DNA from: Candidatus Velthaea sp.
Lineage (GTDB): Bacteria > Vulcanimicrobiota > Vulcanimicrobiia > Vulcanimicrobiales > Vulcanimicrobiaceae
NCBI GenBank assembly: GCA_050012475.1
Contig: JBEKHC010000076.1
Coordinates: 1 to 26,013 of the forward strand
Length of the DNA stretch: 26,013 nt
Direction: 5' to 3'
In this document: piece after piece, positions 1 to 7,688 of the stretch
Layout of the letters: each line of letters starts with the position of its first letter
How positions within the stretch are numbered: position 1 is the first letter of the stretch
Position numbers and translations under genes: made by a program
The notes under the pieces: model-generated
What the model saw: only the letters and a program-made list of their open reading frames with translations
What the model was told of the DNA's origin: nothing
Databases searched by the model: none

Positions 1-892
1 GACCGGCGCGGTCGGCGCGCTCGCACCGCGAGCAGCGCTCGCGGCACGGAGCAGTTCGCTGCGGATGCGCTGGTACGGCGGAGGCGTGTACGAGCTCGCG
101 ACGCTCGACGATCGTGCGATCGTTCTCGTCGACGCTTGGATCTGGAACAATACCGGCTTCGCCGCGTTCGGCAGCGCGAAACCACCTGAACTTGCAAGCG
201 CCGCCGCGTACGCGGCGCACCTGCAAGCGCGCAAGCCCGAAGCCGTGATCGTCGCGCTCACCCACGATCACGGCGATCACATCGGCGACTACTTCGAGCT
301 TCTGAGCGCGCTCGTCGCAGCAAACATTCCGGTCAGGACGGTCGGGCAAAGCGATCTGGTGCGCACCGGTCTCGTGCCGCGCTTCCGCGCCGCGAATCTC
401 GATCCGGCGCACATCGTGCTCAACGGCGGCGCCGGCATCAATATGGGCGGCGCTGCATCGTACAACGGGGTCGCGCTCGAACTCGTGCCGGCGGTTCACT
501 CCAACAGCTCGGGTTTTCCGGCGGCCGGCTTCATCATCGACATCGGCGGCATGCGCGTGTACGCCTCGGGCGACACCGACCTGTTCAACGATATGGAGCT
601 CATCGGCAGACGGTACGCGCCGGATGTGGGCGTCGTTTCCAGCGGCAACGGAGCGTTCACGATGGGTCCGGAAGATGCCGCGACCGCGTGCGCAATGATC
701 GGGGTGCGGCACGCGGTGCCGGTGCATTACGCACACAATCCGCTCGTGCTCGGGCCGCAATGCGGCGATCTGTTTCGCGCTGCCGTGTCGCGCGTTGCGC
801 CGGCGTGCGGCGTAACGGTCTTACGTCCCGGCGAAACGGCAACGATCTCGGTGGTTCCGGCAGCCCGCCCGGCCCGATCGACAGTAACGTAA
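1..892 (+). CDS. Metallo-beta-lactamase-fold metal-dependent hydrolase (UPF0173/YtkL-like), 5'-partial, probably exported
   Basis: Motifs THDHGDH (HxHxDH), AVHS, SGDT and PVHY. The frame stays open upstream of ATG 65 to the window edge (TGAVGALAPRAALA-ARSS), which looks like the end of a signal peptide. Confidence 0.85.
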   Translation, partial: TGAVGALAPRAALAARSSSLRMRWYGGGVYELATLDDRAIVLVDAWIWNNTGFAAFGSAKPPELASAAAYAAHLQARKPEAVIVALTHDHGDHIGDYFELLSALVAANIPVRTVGQSDLVRTGLVPRFRAANLDPAHIVLNGGAGINMGGAASYNGVALELVPAVHSNSSGFPAAGFIIDIGGMRVYASGDTDLFNDMELIGRRYAPDVGVVSSGNGAFTMGPEDAATACAMIGVRHAVPVHYAHNPLVLGPQCGDLFRAAVSRVAPACGVTVLRPGETATISVVPAARPARSTVT

Positions 893-1107
893 GTTTATTA
901 CGTTCTGCGCAATAACGATCGAATTGGTGTAGCGTGCGCTCGCGCAGGCGGTAGAGTTGCGCCGGTCGATTGGCGCTGCTGCGAGGCTTACGGCCTTCGA
1001 CCGGCTTGACGATACCTGGTCTTCGATGTTCTTACGAAACGCCATCCGCACTCAACGCTGCTTTCGCCCCCGCCCTCTTTCGAGGGCGGCCCCAATGGCG
1101 CTTCGTT

Positions 1108-1147
1108 AACAGCGCCGGAGAAACGCCAACAGCGCCGGAGGGACGCC
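1108..1147. repeat. Tandem 20-bp direct repeat, 2 copies
   Basis: AACAGCGCCGGAGAAACGCC (1108-1127) and AACAGCGCCGGAGGGACGCC (1128-1147), 18/20 identical. Confidence 0.85.
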
Positions 1148-1152
1148 GCCGG

Positions 1153-1431
1153 TCAGCTCTTGGGTGGCGGTTCCGGCGCTTGGGGCGCTTGCGCGACTTG
1201 CGCCGGTGCTGCCGAAGGCTGGCCGATCCCAAATTTGCCAAGTTCGGCGTTGATCTCGTTGTTCGCCGCGAGGTCGACACCCGTCTTGAGGAAACCGTCG
1301 ATCATCGAGCCACCGGGAACGTGCGACGCGACCGCATCGATGACGTTGTTGATGCCGTTATCTGCAAACGTGTCGACGCCGGCGTCGGCAGCAAATCCGC
1401 CGACTTTCGCCGCAAGGTTGTCGTCGCCCAT
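1153..1431 (-). CDS. Small acidic hypothetical protein (92 aa) with Pro/Ala-rich tail; paralog of 24453..24653
   Basis: Protein-like composition, unlike the shadow ORFs here. Shares VIDAVAS[HR]VPGGxxI[DE]GxLK with the ORF at 24453..24653. Confidence 0.8.
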   Translation of the reverse strand: MGDDNLAAKVGGFAADAGVDTFADNGINNVIDAVASHVPGGSMIDGFLKTGVDLAANNEINAELGKFGIGQPSAAPAQVAQAPQAPEPPPKS

Positions 1432-1565
1432 GAATCACTCGTACGGCTCCGCTCTCGCCCGGAACCAGTCAGCGGCGCGCCGCAACGGCGCGCTTGCCTT
1501 GCGTACTGTATCGCTCGGCAAGCCCCTCTCCCGGCGTTGGGGCAGATGGTCCCATGGCCAAAGAC

Positions 1566-3701
1566 CTATTCCATTAATTGCCGCGCGAGATACGTGAATT
1601 CCAGGGCTGCTTCGAACGAGCGTTCTTTGACGTTTGCACCCGAACTATGACCGCCTTCCATATACTCGAAAAACAGATAAGGAATATGCAGGGCAGCAAG
1701 CTTGGCGGCGAATTTCCGGGCGTGCTGCGGACCGACGCGATCGTCCTTCGTCGTCGTCCAAACCAGCGGTTCGGGATACTTCACGCCGGCGCGGATGTTG
1801 TTGTACGGCGAGATCGCGGCCAAAAACGCGCGCTCGCGTGGAATGGCAACACTGCCGTACTCGCCGACCCATGACGCGCCGGCTTGAATCTTCTCGAAGC
1901 GCAGCATGTCGAGCAGCGGCACCTGAATGTCCACCGCGTGCCAAAGCTCCGGATGTTGCGTGAGCTCGACGCCCATGAGCAAACCGCCGTTCGAGCCGCC
2001 CTGAATGCCGAGATAGCGCGGGCTGGTGATCTTTTTCGCGATGAGGTCGTCGGCCACCGCGGTGAAATCGTCGAACACACGCTGGCGATGCGTCTTGAGC
2101 CCGGCCTCGTGCCAGGCCGGTCCGAACTCGCCGCCGCCGCGAATGTTGGCAAGGACGTAGACGCCGCCGTTGGCGAGCCACAATTTGCCCAACGTCCCGC
2201 TGTATTCGGGCGTCATCGAAATGCCGAAGCCGCCGTAGGCGTGAAGCAGCGTCGGGTTTCGTCCGTCGGCGCGGAGTCGCTTCGGGCGCACGATGAAGTA
2301 GGGAATGCGCGTTCCGTCTTTGGAGATCGCCTCGCTCTGCTCGACGAGATCCGCCGTCGCGTCGAAGCGCGGCGGGAGCGACTTTGCGACCACGGCGGCT
2401 CTCGAGCGGGTGTCGATCCGCCAGAGCGTCGTTGGAATCAGAAAGCTCGTCACCGAAACGAATGCGGTGCTGCCGAATTCATCGGTCGACACGATGTCCA
2501 AACTCGAGTCATCGGCAAATCGAAGCGGCCGGCGCGCCCAGCCGCCGTGCGCGGCCGGCGTGTAGATCGATGCCCGTCCCCGCACGTTTTCGTACGTTGT
2601 GACCAGCAGTCGATCGCGCGTCCCGGCGGCGTTGTCGAACGTTTCGCGCGGGCCCGGAGCGTAGACCAGCATCGGTTCCAGGCGTGCGGGATCGAAGTCC
2701 GCCGCCGCGAGATCGAACGATATCAGCGCGCCCTGCGGAAAAGCCGCGCCGCCCGTGCGCCACGGTTCGTTCAAGTGGAGTAAGAGCCGTCCCGCCGCGA
2801 GCGTCACGAATTCCGCCTTGCGCGGGATGTCGAGCCGCACCAAACCGCGCGGCGTGACGAGGAGCTGCTCGGCCTCGAAAAAGGACAGCCCGCGATGGAC
2901 GATGAGCGCGCGATGCCCCGAACCGTCGTGAAATTCGATCGGCGAGACGCCGACGTCGGCTTTCGTGCCGCGGGTGAGTTCGACCGCCGCCGACAGCGCT
3001 TGTCCGCGCCGCAAGCGCTTGACGACATACGGATAACCCGATGCCGTGAGTTCGCCGGGGCGCCACTCGCGTGCAATCAGCAGCGCATCGTCGCCGGCCC
3101 AGACCGCCTGCTGTTTGCCGCGCGGCAGCGCGAAACCGCCGCGAACGAAGCGGCGAGTCGCCAGATCGAATTCGCGCACGCTCGACGCATCCTCGCCGCC
3201 GTCGGACAGCGCGATCAAACAGCGCCGGCGGCTGGGCGAGTCGCAATCGGCGCCCTGCCAGACCCAGTTCTGCCCTTCGGCTCGCGCCAATTCGTCGAGA
3301 TCGAGGACGGTCGTCCACGCCGGCGCCGAACTTGCGTAGCCGGCGATCGTCGTCGTTCGCCAAATGCCGCGAACGTGCTTGGCGTCTTGCCAGAAGTTGT
3401 ACACCCGTCCGCCGATGATGTCCGGCAGCGGAATCCGGTCTTTGGCCGCGTTGATTGCCAGCGCTTGGGCCTGGAAGCGCGCAAAATGCGGATCGCTGCG
3501 CAGCACGGCGAGCGTTCGCGCATCTTCGGCTCGCACCCAGCTGCGGGCGCGCGCGCCGTTGACGTCTTCGAGCCAGAGAAACGGATCGGCTCCGGCATGC
3601 GCACCCGCTCGTTGGGCAACGGCGGCCGCGAACGTACCGATGATGAGGCACACGCAAGCGGCAACAAGTGCGAGGCCGCGCGCGCGGCTGCGAAACGTCA
3701 C
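1566..3701 (-). CDS. Prolyl oligopeptidase family (S9A) serine peptidase with signal peptide
   Basis: DPFLWLEDV N-terminus, YGGF, NIRGGGEFGPAWH, nucleophile GGSNGG, DDRV and GGH. Start reassigned to GTG 3701, which follows AGAAAGG and precedes a hydrophobic signal sequence. Confidence 0.93.
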   Translation of the reverse strand: MTFRSRARGLALVAACVCLIIGTFAAAVAQRAGAHAGADPFLWLEDVNGARARSWVRAEDARTLAVLRSDPHFARFQAQALAINAAKDRIPLPDIIGGRVYNFWQDAKHVRGIWRTTTIAGYASSAPAWTTVLDLDELARAEGQNWVWQGADCDSPSRRRCLIALSDGGEDASSVREFDLATRRFVRGGFALPRGKQQAVWAGDDALLIAREWRPGELTASGYPYVVKRLRRGQALSAAVELTRGTKADVGVSPIEFHDGSGHRALIVHRGLSFFEAEQLLVTPRGLVRLDIPRKAEFVTLAAGRLLLHLNEPWRTGGAAFPQGALISFDLAAADFDPARLEPMLVYAPGPRETFDNAAGTRDRLLVTTYENVRGRASIYTPAAHGGWARRPLRFADDSSLDIVSTDEFGSTAFVSVTSFLIPTTLWRIDTRSRAAVVAKSLPPRFDATADLVEQSEAISKDGTRIPYFIVRPKRLRADGRNPTLLHAYGGFGISMTPEYSGTLGKLWLANGGVYVLANIRGGGEFGPAWHEAGLKTHRQRVFDDFTAVADDLIAKKITSPRYLGIQGGSNGGLLMGVELTQHPELWHAVDIQVPLLDMLRFEKIQAGASWVGEYGSVAIPRERAFLAAISPYNNIRAGVKYPEPLVWTTTKDDRVGPQHARKFAAKLAALHIPYLFFEYMEGGHSSGANVKERSFEAALEFTYLARQLME

Positions 3702-4059
3702 GATGATGGCGAACCTTTCTCCTGGGTGACCGAGGGCATCGCTTCGCTGCCCGCCGGCGAGCGACTGCAAAGGGCCGCCGGGACAGCCGTCGCGATCGCG
3801 CGGATTGATCCGAGCTCGGCGCGCCGGTTCGGGTTGGTGGCCCTTCGTCACGCGGGCAAACCGTGCAACGAGCGAAACCGCGCCCACGAAATCAGACGAA
3901 TCCACACCAGACGCCGGCCCTAGTTCCGGCGGCGCCCAGCGGCCTGATCGAGCAGCGGAAGCCGGGCGTCGATGTGCAATCGCTTTCACGTGTCCAACAT
4001 CGCCGATGAACGTGCCAACAGCCTGGCATGGTAACAAATCGAACGGAATCGACGCGTTC

Positions 4060-4464
4060 ATGCTCGATCGCGACCGAGCAAAGGCTGTCGGAACGCACAA
4101 CGTTCCCATCGTCTGCCGCCGGGGCTTTTCGCGTTCCGTCCGGCCGCGGGGCGCGGTGTGGCGTAAGCTCAAGGATGAGGCATACGAACGCTACGGCTTG
4201 GCGCGCGGGCATCGCAGCTTCGTCGACGCCGCGGGGCACCGGCATGCCGCGTTTACCGTCGACCACCTCGTTCCGATCGAGTTGGGCGGTGCACCGAGCG
4301 ACCTGCGAAACTTATGGCCTCAGCCGCAAGCCGCCGCAAAGCGCAAGGACGAGGTCGAAAACGCCCTTCACAATCTCGTCTGCGACGGCCGGATCCAACT
4401 CGAAGCCGCGCAACGCGCGATCGCGCACGATTGGAAAACCGCGCTTGCCGAAGTTCTGCGCTGA
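4060..4464 (+). CDS. HNH-like nuclease-fold protein (DHLVPIELGG...NLWPQ family); start uncertain, possibly N-terminally truncated
   Basis: VCRRGFSRSVRP, VDHLVPIELGGAPSDLRNLWPQP and KDEVENALHNLVCDG. Possible starts are ATG 4006 and ATG 4060. Confidence 0.7.
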   Translation: MLDRDRAKAVGTHNVPIVCRRGFSRSVRPRGAVWRKLKDEAYERYGLARGHRSFVDAAGHRHAAFTVDHLVPIELGGAPSDLRNLWPQPQAAAKRKDEVENALHNLVCDGRIQLEAAQRAIAHDWKTALAEVLR

Positions 4465-4751
4465 GCGCGGGGGCGAAACAAAGTACGCATAATTTTTTTT
4501 CGCGAACACAAGCCGGTGGTTCGCGGCCTCGCGTTCGATCGATTTGAGCTCGATCGTTGAACGATGTCGGCTTCAAAGCGCTGCCGACCGTGTTACGGGC
4601 GTCCGGCAGCACCCGAGCGAGGCTTGCCGTTCGAAGGACCGCCCGGCGTTCCTTCGGTTCTGATCGGCGAACGTCGTCGTGCAGTCTGCCATGCATCTGG
4701 CACTGCGATAGCGTAGCCTTTCGGTATGACCACTTCTCCCCGCACCGGCTC

Positions 4752-7688
4752 ATGGTTCTGAGCGTAGCGATTACCGACGAGCTCACCCCGCGCCAGCGGG
4801 AAGCCGTCGCTCACCGCGGCGCCAATTTGCTGCTCGAGGCGGTCCCCGGCTCGGGGAAGACGCGCGTCATCGCCGCCCGCTGCATGGCGCTGCTCGCCGA
4901 GGGGATCGCTGCCTCGGAAATCCTCTTGCTGACGTTCTCGCGCCGCGCGGCGGGGGAGTTGCGGGACCGGCTGGCGCGCGCGCTGCCGCACGCCGCATTG
5001 CCCGAGATTCGCACCTTTCATGGCTTCGCCGCGCAGCTGCTGGCCGAGACAGGGACCGCCGGTCATTCGCGGCGCTTGCTCTCCGAGCCGGCCCAGCGCG
5101 CAATGCTCGAGTACGCGATCGGCTCGACCACGCTTGCATCCCTGCCCGCCGACGTTCGGCGCTCGTCCCTCTTCCGTGAAGCCGCCGGCGCGCGCATCGC
5201 GGATCTGCGCCGCTCCGCACCTGCAGCGTTAGCGCAACTCGCCCAACGGGCAACCCCGCGAATCGCGGATCTGCTCCAGCTCGCGCAGGCCCAAACGCGC
5301 CTGCGCGATCGGCTTGGCGTCGCCGACTACGACGACCTCGTCGCCTGCGCCCTCGAGCTGGCCTCAACACCGGACAGCGCCCTCGCGCGCGCGCTGCGCG
5401 GCCGTTACCGCCACGTGCTCGTCGACGAGTTTCAAGATACGGACGCGCAGCAGCTTGCGCTTGTGGAGCGGCTCGGCGGCGAAGTATTCGCGGTCGGCGA
5501 CTCGGCCCAGGCGATCTACGGCTTTCGCGGCGCCGCGCGCGACGCGTTGATGCGAGCGCGCACGGCGTTGACGATGACAACGCTTCCGCTCGACGAGAGC
5601 TTTCGCTGCCCGGCGGCCGTGTGCGAGCTCGCCCGCGGCGTCTGGCCCTCCCGGCCCGCGTTGCATTCGGGCACCGGCCGGGCGGGCGACGTTTCGTTTC
5701 AGCGCGCGTCGTCGCCGCGCGATGAGGCCGCACATATCGGCGAATTGATCGCCGATGCCGTCGATGACGGCACCCCCGAGCGGGAAATCGCCGTTCTGGT
5801 GCGCAGCGCCGAGCCGCTGGCGCGGCTGGTCGAGCAGGAGTTGCGTTCGCGCGGTGTTGCGGTCGCCCGCCGGGGCGGCGAAAACGTGCTCGACGATCTC
5901 GCCGTTGACGCCATCTGCGCGGCGCTCAGCGCGCTGGCCGATCCCGCCGACCACGCGGGCTGGAATCGGGTGTTCGCGCACCCGGTCCACGGGATCGCGC
6001 CTCTCGCGCTTCGTTTGGAGCTCGACACGGCGCCGCTGCGCAGCTTTGACGATGCCTGCCGGTTTGCCGAAGGGCTGGGTGCACGTTCGCGCGTCTCGGG
6101 TGCGCGTCTCGCTGGGGCTTTGCGTTCGGCACGCGAAGCTTGGGACGGCGGCGATCCCCTGCGTAGCGCGCGATCGTTCGCCGCGGAAGCCGACGTGCTC
6201 GGCTTTGTGGTCGCGGCCAGCGAGCCCGAGGTTCAGCGCAGCAGCCGGCGGATCACGCAGTTCCTCGAAGCGCTCGGCGACGTGCGCGACGTTCGGACGC
6301 GGCTCGGGCTGGACGCCGGGTCAAGCGCCGTCTTCAACGATTTTCTGGCCTGCAGCGAATCGTGGTCAGCCGACACGGAAGCCATCGACAACGAGCCGGG
6401 AGTACGCGTCCTGACGGTTCACGCGGCAAAAGGCCTCGAGTTTGATTTCGTGGTCATCGCCGACGCCGTCGACGGCCGCTTTCCGCAAGAATGGCGGCCG
6501 GACGCGCTGCTGAGCGAAGCGGAAATCGCGGACGCGCGCAGCTGCGGCGTCGATCTCGCCACGCGCACTGCCGAACACGACGAAGAAGAGCGGGCACTCT
6601 GGTACGTGGCGGTCACCCGCTCGAAAAACCGGCTGCGTATCTGCTGGTCTGAAACGGATGTCGCCGGTTCGCCGCAGCGCCCGAGCCGCTTCATCCCGCT
6701 CGAAGCGCGAACGCGGGCGCTGCACGAGCCGAGTTTCGCCGCGCCGCTGGCGTATGCTCCGGCGCCGGAGCTCAAGGGGCTTCAGCCGCCCGGAATCGCT
6801 TCTTTGACCCGCCCCGTCCGCACGAGTTCGATCGAAATGTGGTTGGCATGCCGGCGCAAGTTCTACTACGGCGCGCTGTTGCGCATCGGCAGTGACGAAC
6901 GCGGGTTCAAACCAAAACTCGGCAGCCTCGTCCACGCCGCAATTCAAGCGTTCCACACGACGGTTCGCGACTTTCGCACGGTCGCGCAAGGCGCGCACGA
7001 AGCATGGGCAACGCAGCTTCGCGACCACGCGCGCGAAGCCGTCAGCGCGGCTGCGAACGTCGCATTCGATTCGCCGCTCGAGACCGACGCGGCGCTGCGG
7101 GCGGCGGATCGGATGCTCGATCGTTACGCGCGCGAACTCGAAACGGTCGCACGCCGGACGGCGGGCGGCTTCGAGGTCGTCGCCAGCGAGGAACCCGTCC
7201 GCTACGACTGTGCCGGCGTCGCTTTCGCGGGGAAGATCGATCGGATCGACCGGCGCGTGGACGGGTCGCTCGTCCTCGTCGACGTCAAAACCGGAGCGTT
7301 TCAGAAAAAGAAAGCCATGGTCACGGCCTTTTCAAAACTCGCCGGCGTCGTGACCGCCGGAGAACTGTGGGTCAAGACGACGCCGCCGGCAAATCCGCAG
7401 TTAGCCCTCTATCGACACGCCCGGACCGGCACCCGAGCACTTGCGTACCTCTACCTCGAGAGCCGGCCAAAATTCAGTGATTTCTCGGACGCAGCCCACG
7501 CCGACGAGCTGGATCTCGTTGCGGATGCGGATGTTCTCGGCGCCCTCGACAACGCGCTTGTCGAAACGTTTTTCGTCCCGTGGACGAGCGGCGCGATAAC
7601 CGACGTCGAGCCGACGCGCAACGCCCAAGCGTGCCGGTTCTGTGAATTCGTCACCGTCTGTCCGGGCTATCTCGAGGACGAAGACTAG
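4752..7688 (+). CDS. adnA: ATP-dependent helicase/nuclease subunit 1 (UvrD-like SF1A motor plus C-terminal PD-(D/E)XK four-Cys nuclease), AdnA-like
   Basis: Motor motifs LTPRQREAV, AVPGSGKT, TFSRRAA, VDEFQD, GDSAQAIYGFRGA, TVHAAKGLEF and YVAVTRS. Nuclease motifs GKIDRID, DVKTG, QLALY; Cys in WLACRR and CRFCEFVTVC. Start reassigned to ATG 4752. The symbol is assigned by architecture and gene order. Confidence 0.88.
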   Translation: MVLSVAITDELTPRQREAVAHRGANLLLEAVPGSGKTRVIAARCMALLAEGIAASEILLLTFSRRAAGELRDRLARALPHAALPEIRTFHGFAAQLLAETGTAGHSRRLLSEPAQRAMLEYAIGSTTLASLPADVRRSSLFREAAGARIADLRRSAPAALAQLAQRATPRIADLLQLAQAQTRLRDRLGVADYDDLVACALELASTPDSALARALRGRYRHVLVDEFQDTDAQQLALVERLGGEVFAVGDSAQAIYGFRGAARDALMRARTALTMTTLPLDESFRCPAAVCELARGVWPSRPALHSGTGRAGDVSFQRASSPRDEAAHIGELIADAVDDGTPEREIAVLVRSAEPLARLVEQELRSRGVAVARRGGENVLDDLAVDAICAALSALADPADHAGWNRVFAHPVHGIAPLALRLELDTAPLRSFDDACRFAEGLGARSRVSGARLAGALRSAREAWDGGDPLRSARSFAAEADVLGFVVAASEPEVQRSSRRITQFLEALGDVRDVRTRLGLDAGSSAVFNDFLACSESWSADTEAIDNEPGVRVLTVHAAKGLEFDFVVIADAVDGRFPQEWRPDALLSEAEIADARSCGVDLATRTAEHDEEERALWYVAVTRSKNRLRICWSETDVAGSPQRPSRFIPLEARTRALHEPSFAAPLAYAPAPELKGLQPPGIASLTRPVRTSSIEMWLACRRKFYYGALLRIGSDERGFKPKLGSLVHAAIQAFHTTVRDFRTVAQGAHEAWATQLRDHAREAVSAAANVAFDSPLETDAALRAADRMLDRYARELETVARRTAGGFEVVASEEPVRYDCAGVAFAGKIDRIDRRVDGSLVLVDVKTGAFQKKKAMVTAFSKLAGVVTAGELWVKTTPPANPQLALYRHARTGTRALAYLYLESRPKFSDFSDAAHADELDLVADADVLGALDNALVETFFVPWTSGAITDVEPTRNAQACRFCEFVTVCPGYLEDED

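Noticed and set aside
3846..3895. GGGCAAACC...GAAA resembling a c-di-GMP-I riboswitch
   Set aside because: There is no paired stem around GAAA and no downstream GACGCAAAG/P2 element.
3702..4172. ORF-track N-terminal extensions of the peptidase (also adnA from 4557, exonuclease from 15140, MFS to 24105, cupredoxin to 15378)
   Set aside because: The extensions lack family motifs and often overlap neighbouring genes or promoters. Better starts lie next to the first conserved motif or signal peptide.
4482..4509. Minus-strand GTGTTC-N16-CGTACT, an ECF-promoter-like motif
   Set aside because: The -35 differs from TCATCY and it points antisense into the HNH-like gene with no nearby start codon for a credible gene.
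6820..7688. Cas4-like four-Cys nuclease domains as a sign of CRISPR-Cas or a defence island
   Set aside because: They are fused to UvrD motors in an AdnAB/AddAB architecture. No repeat-spacer array or cas genes are visible.
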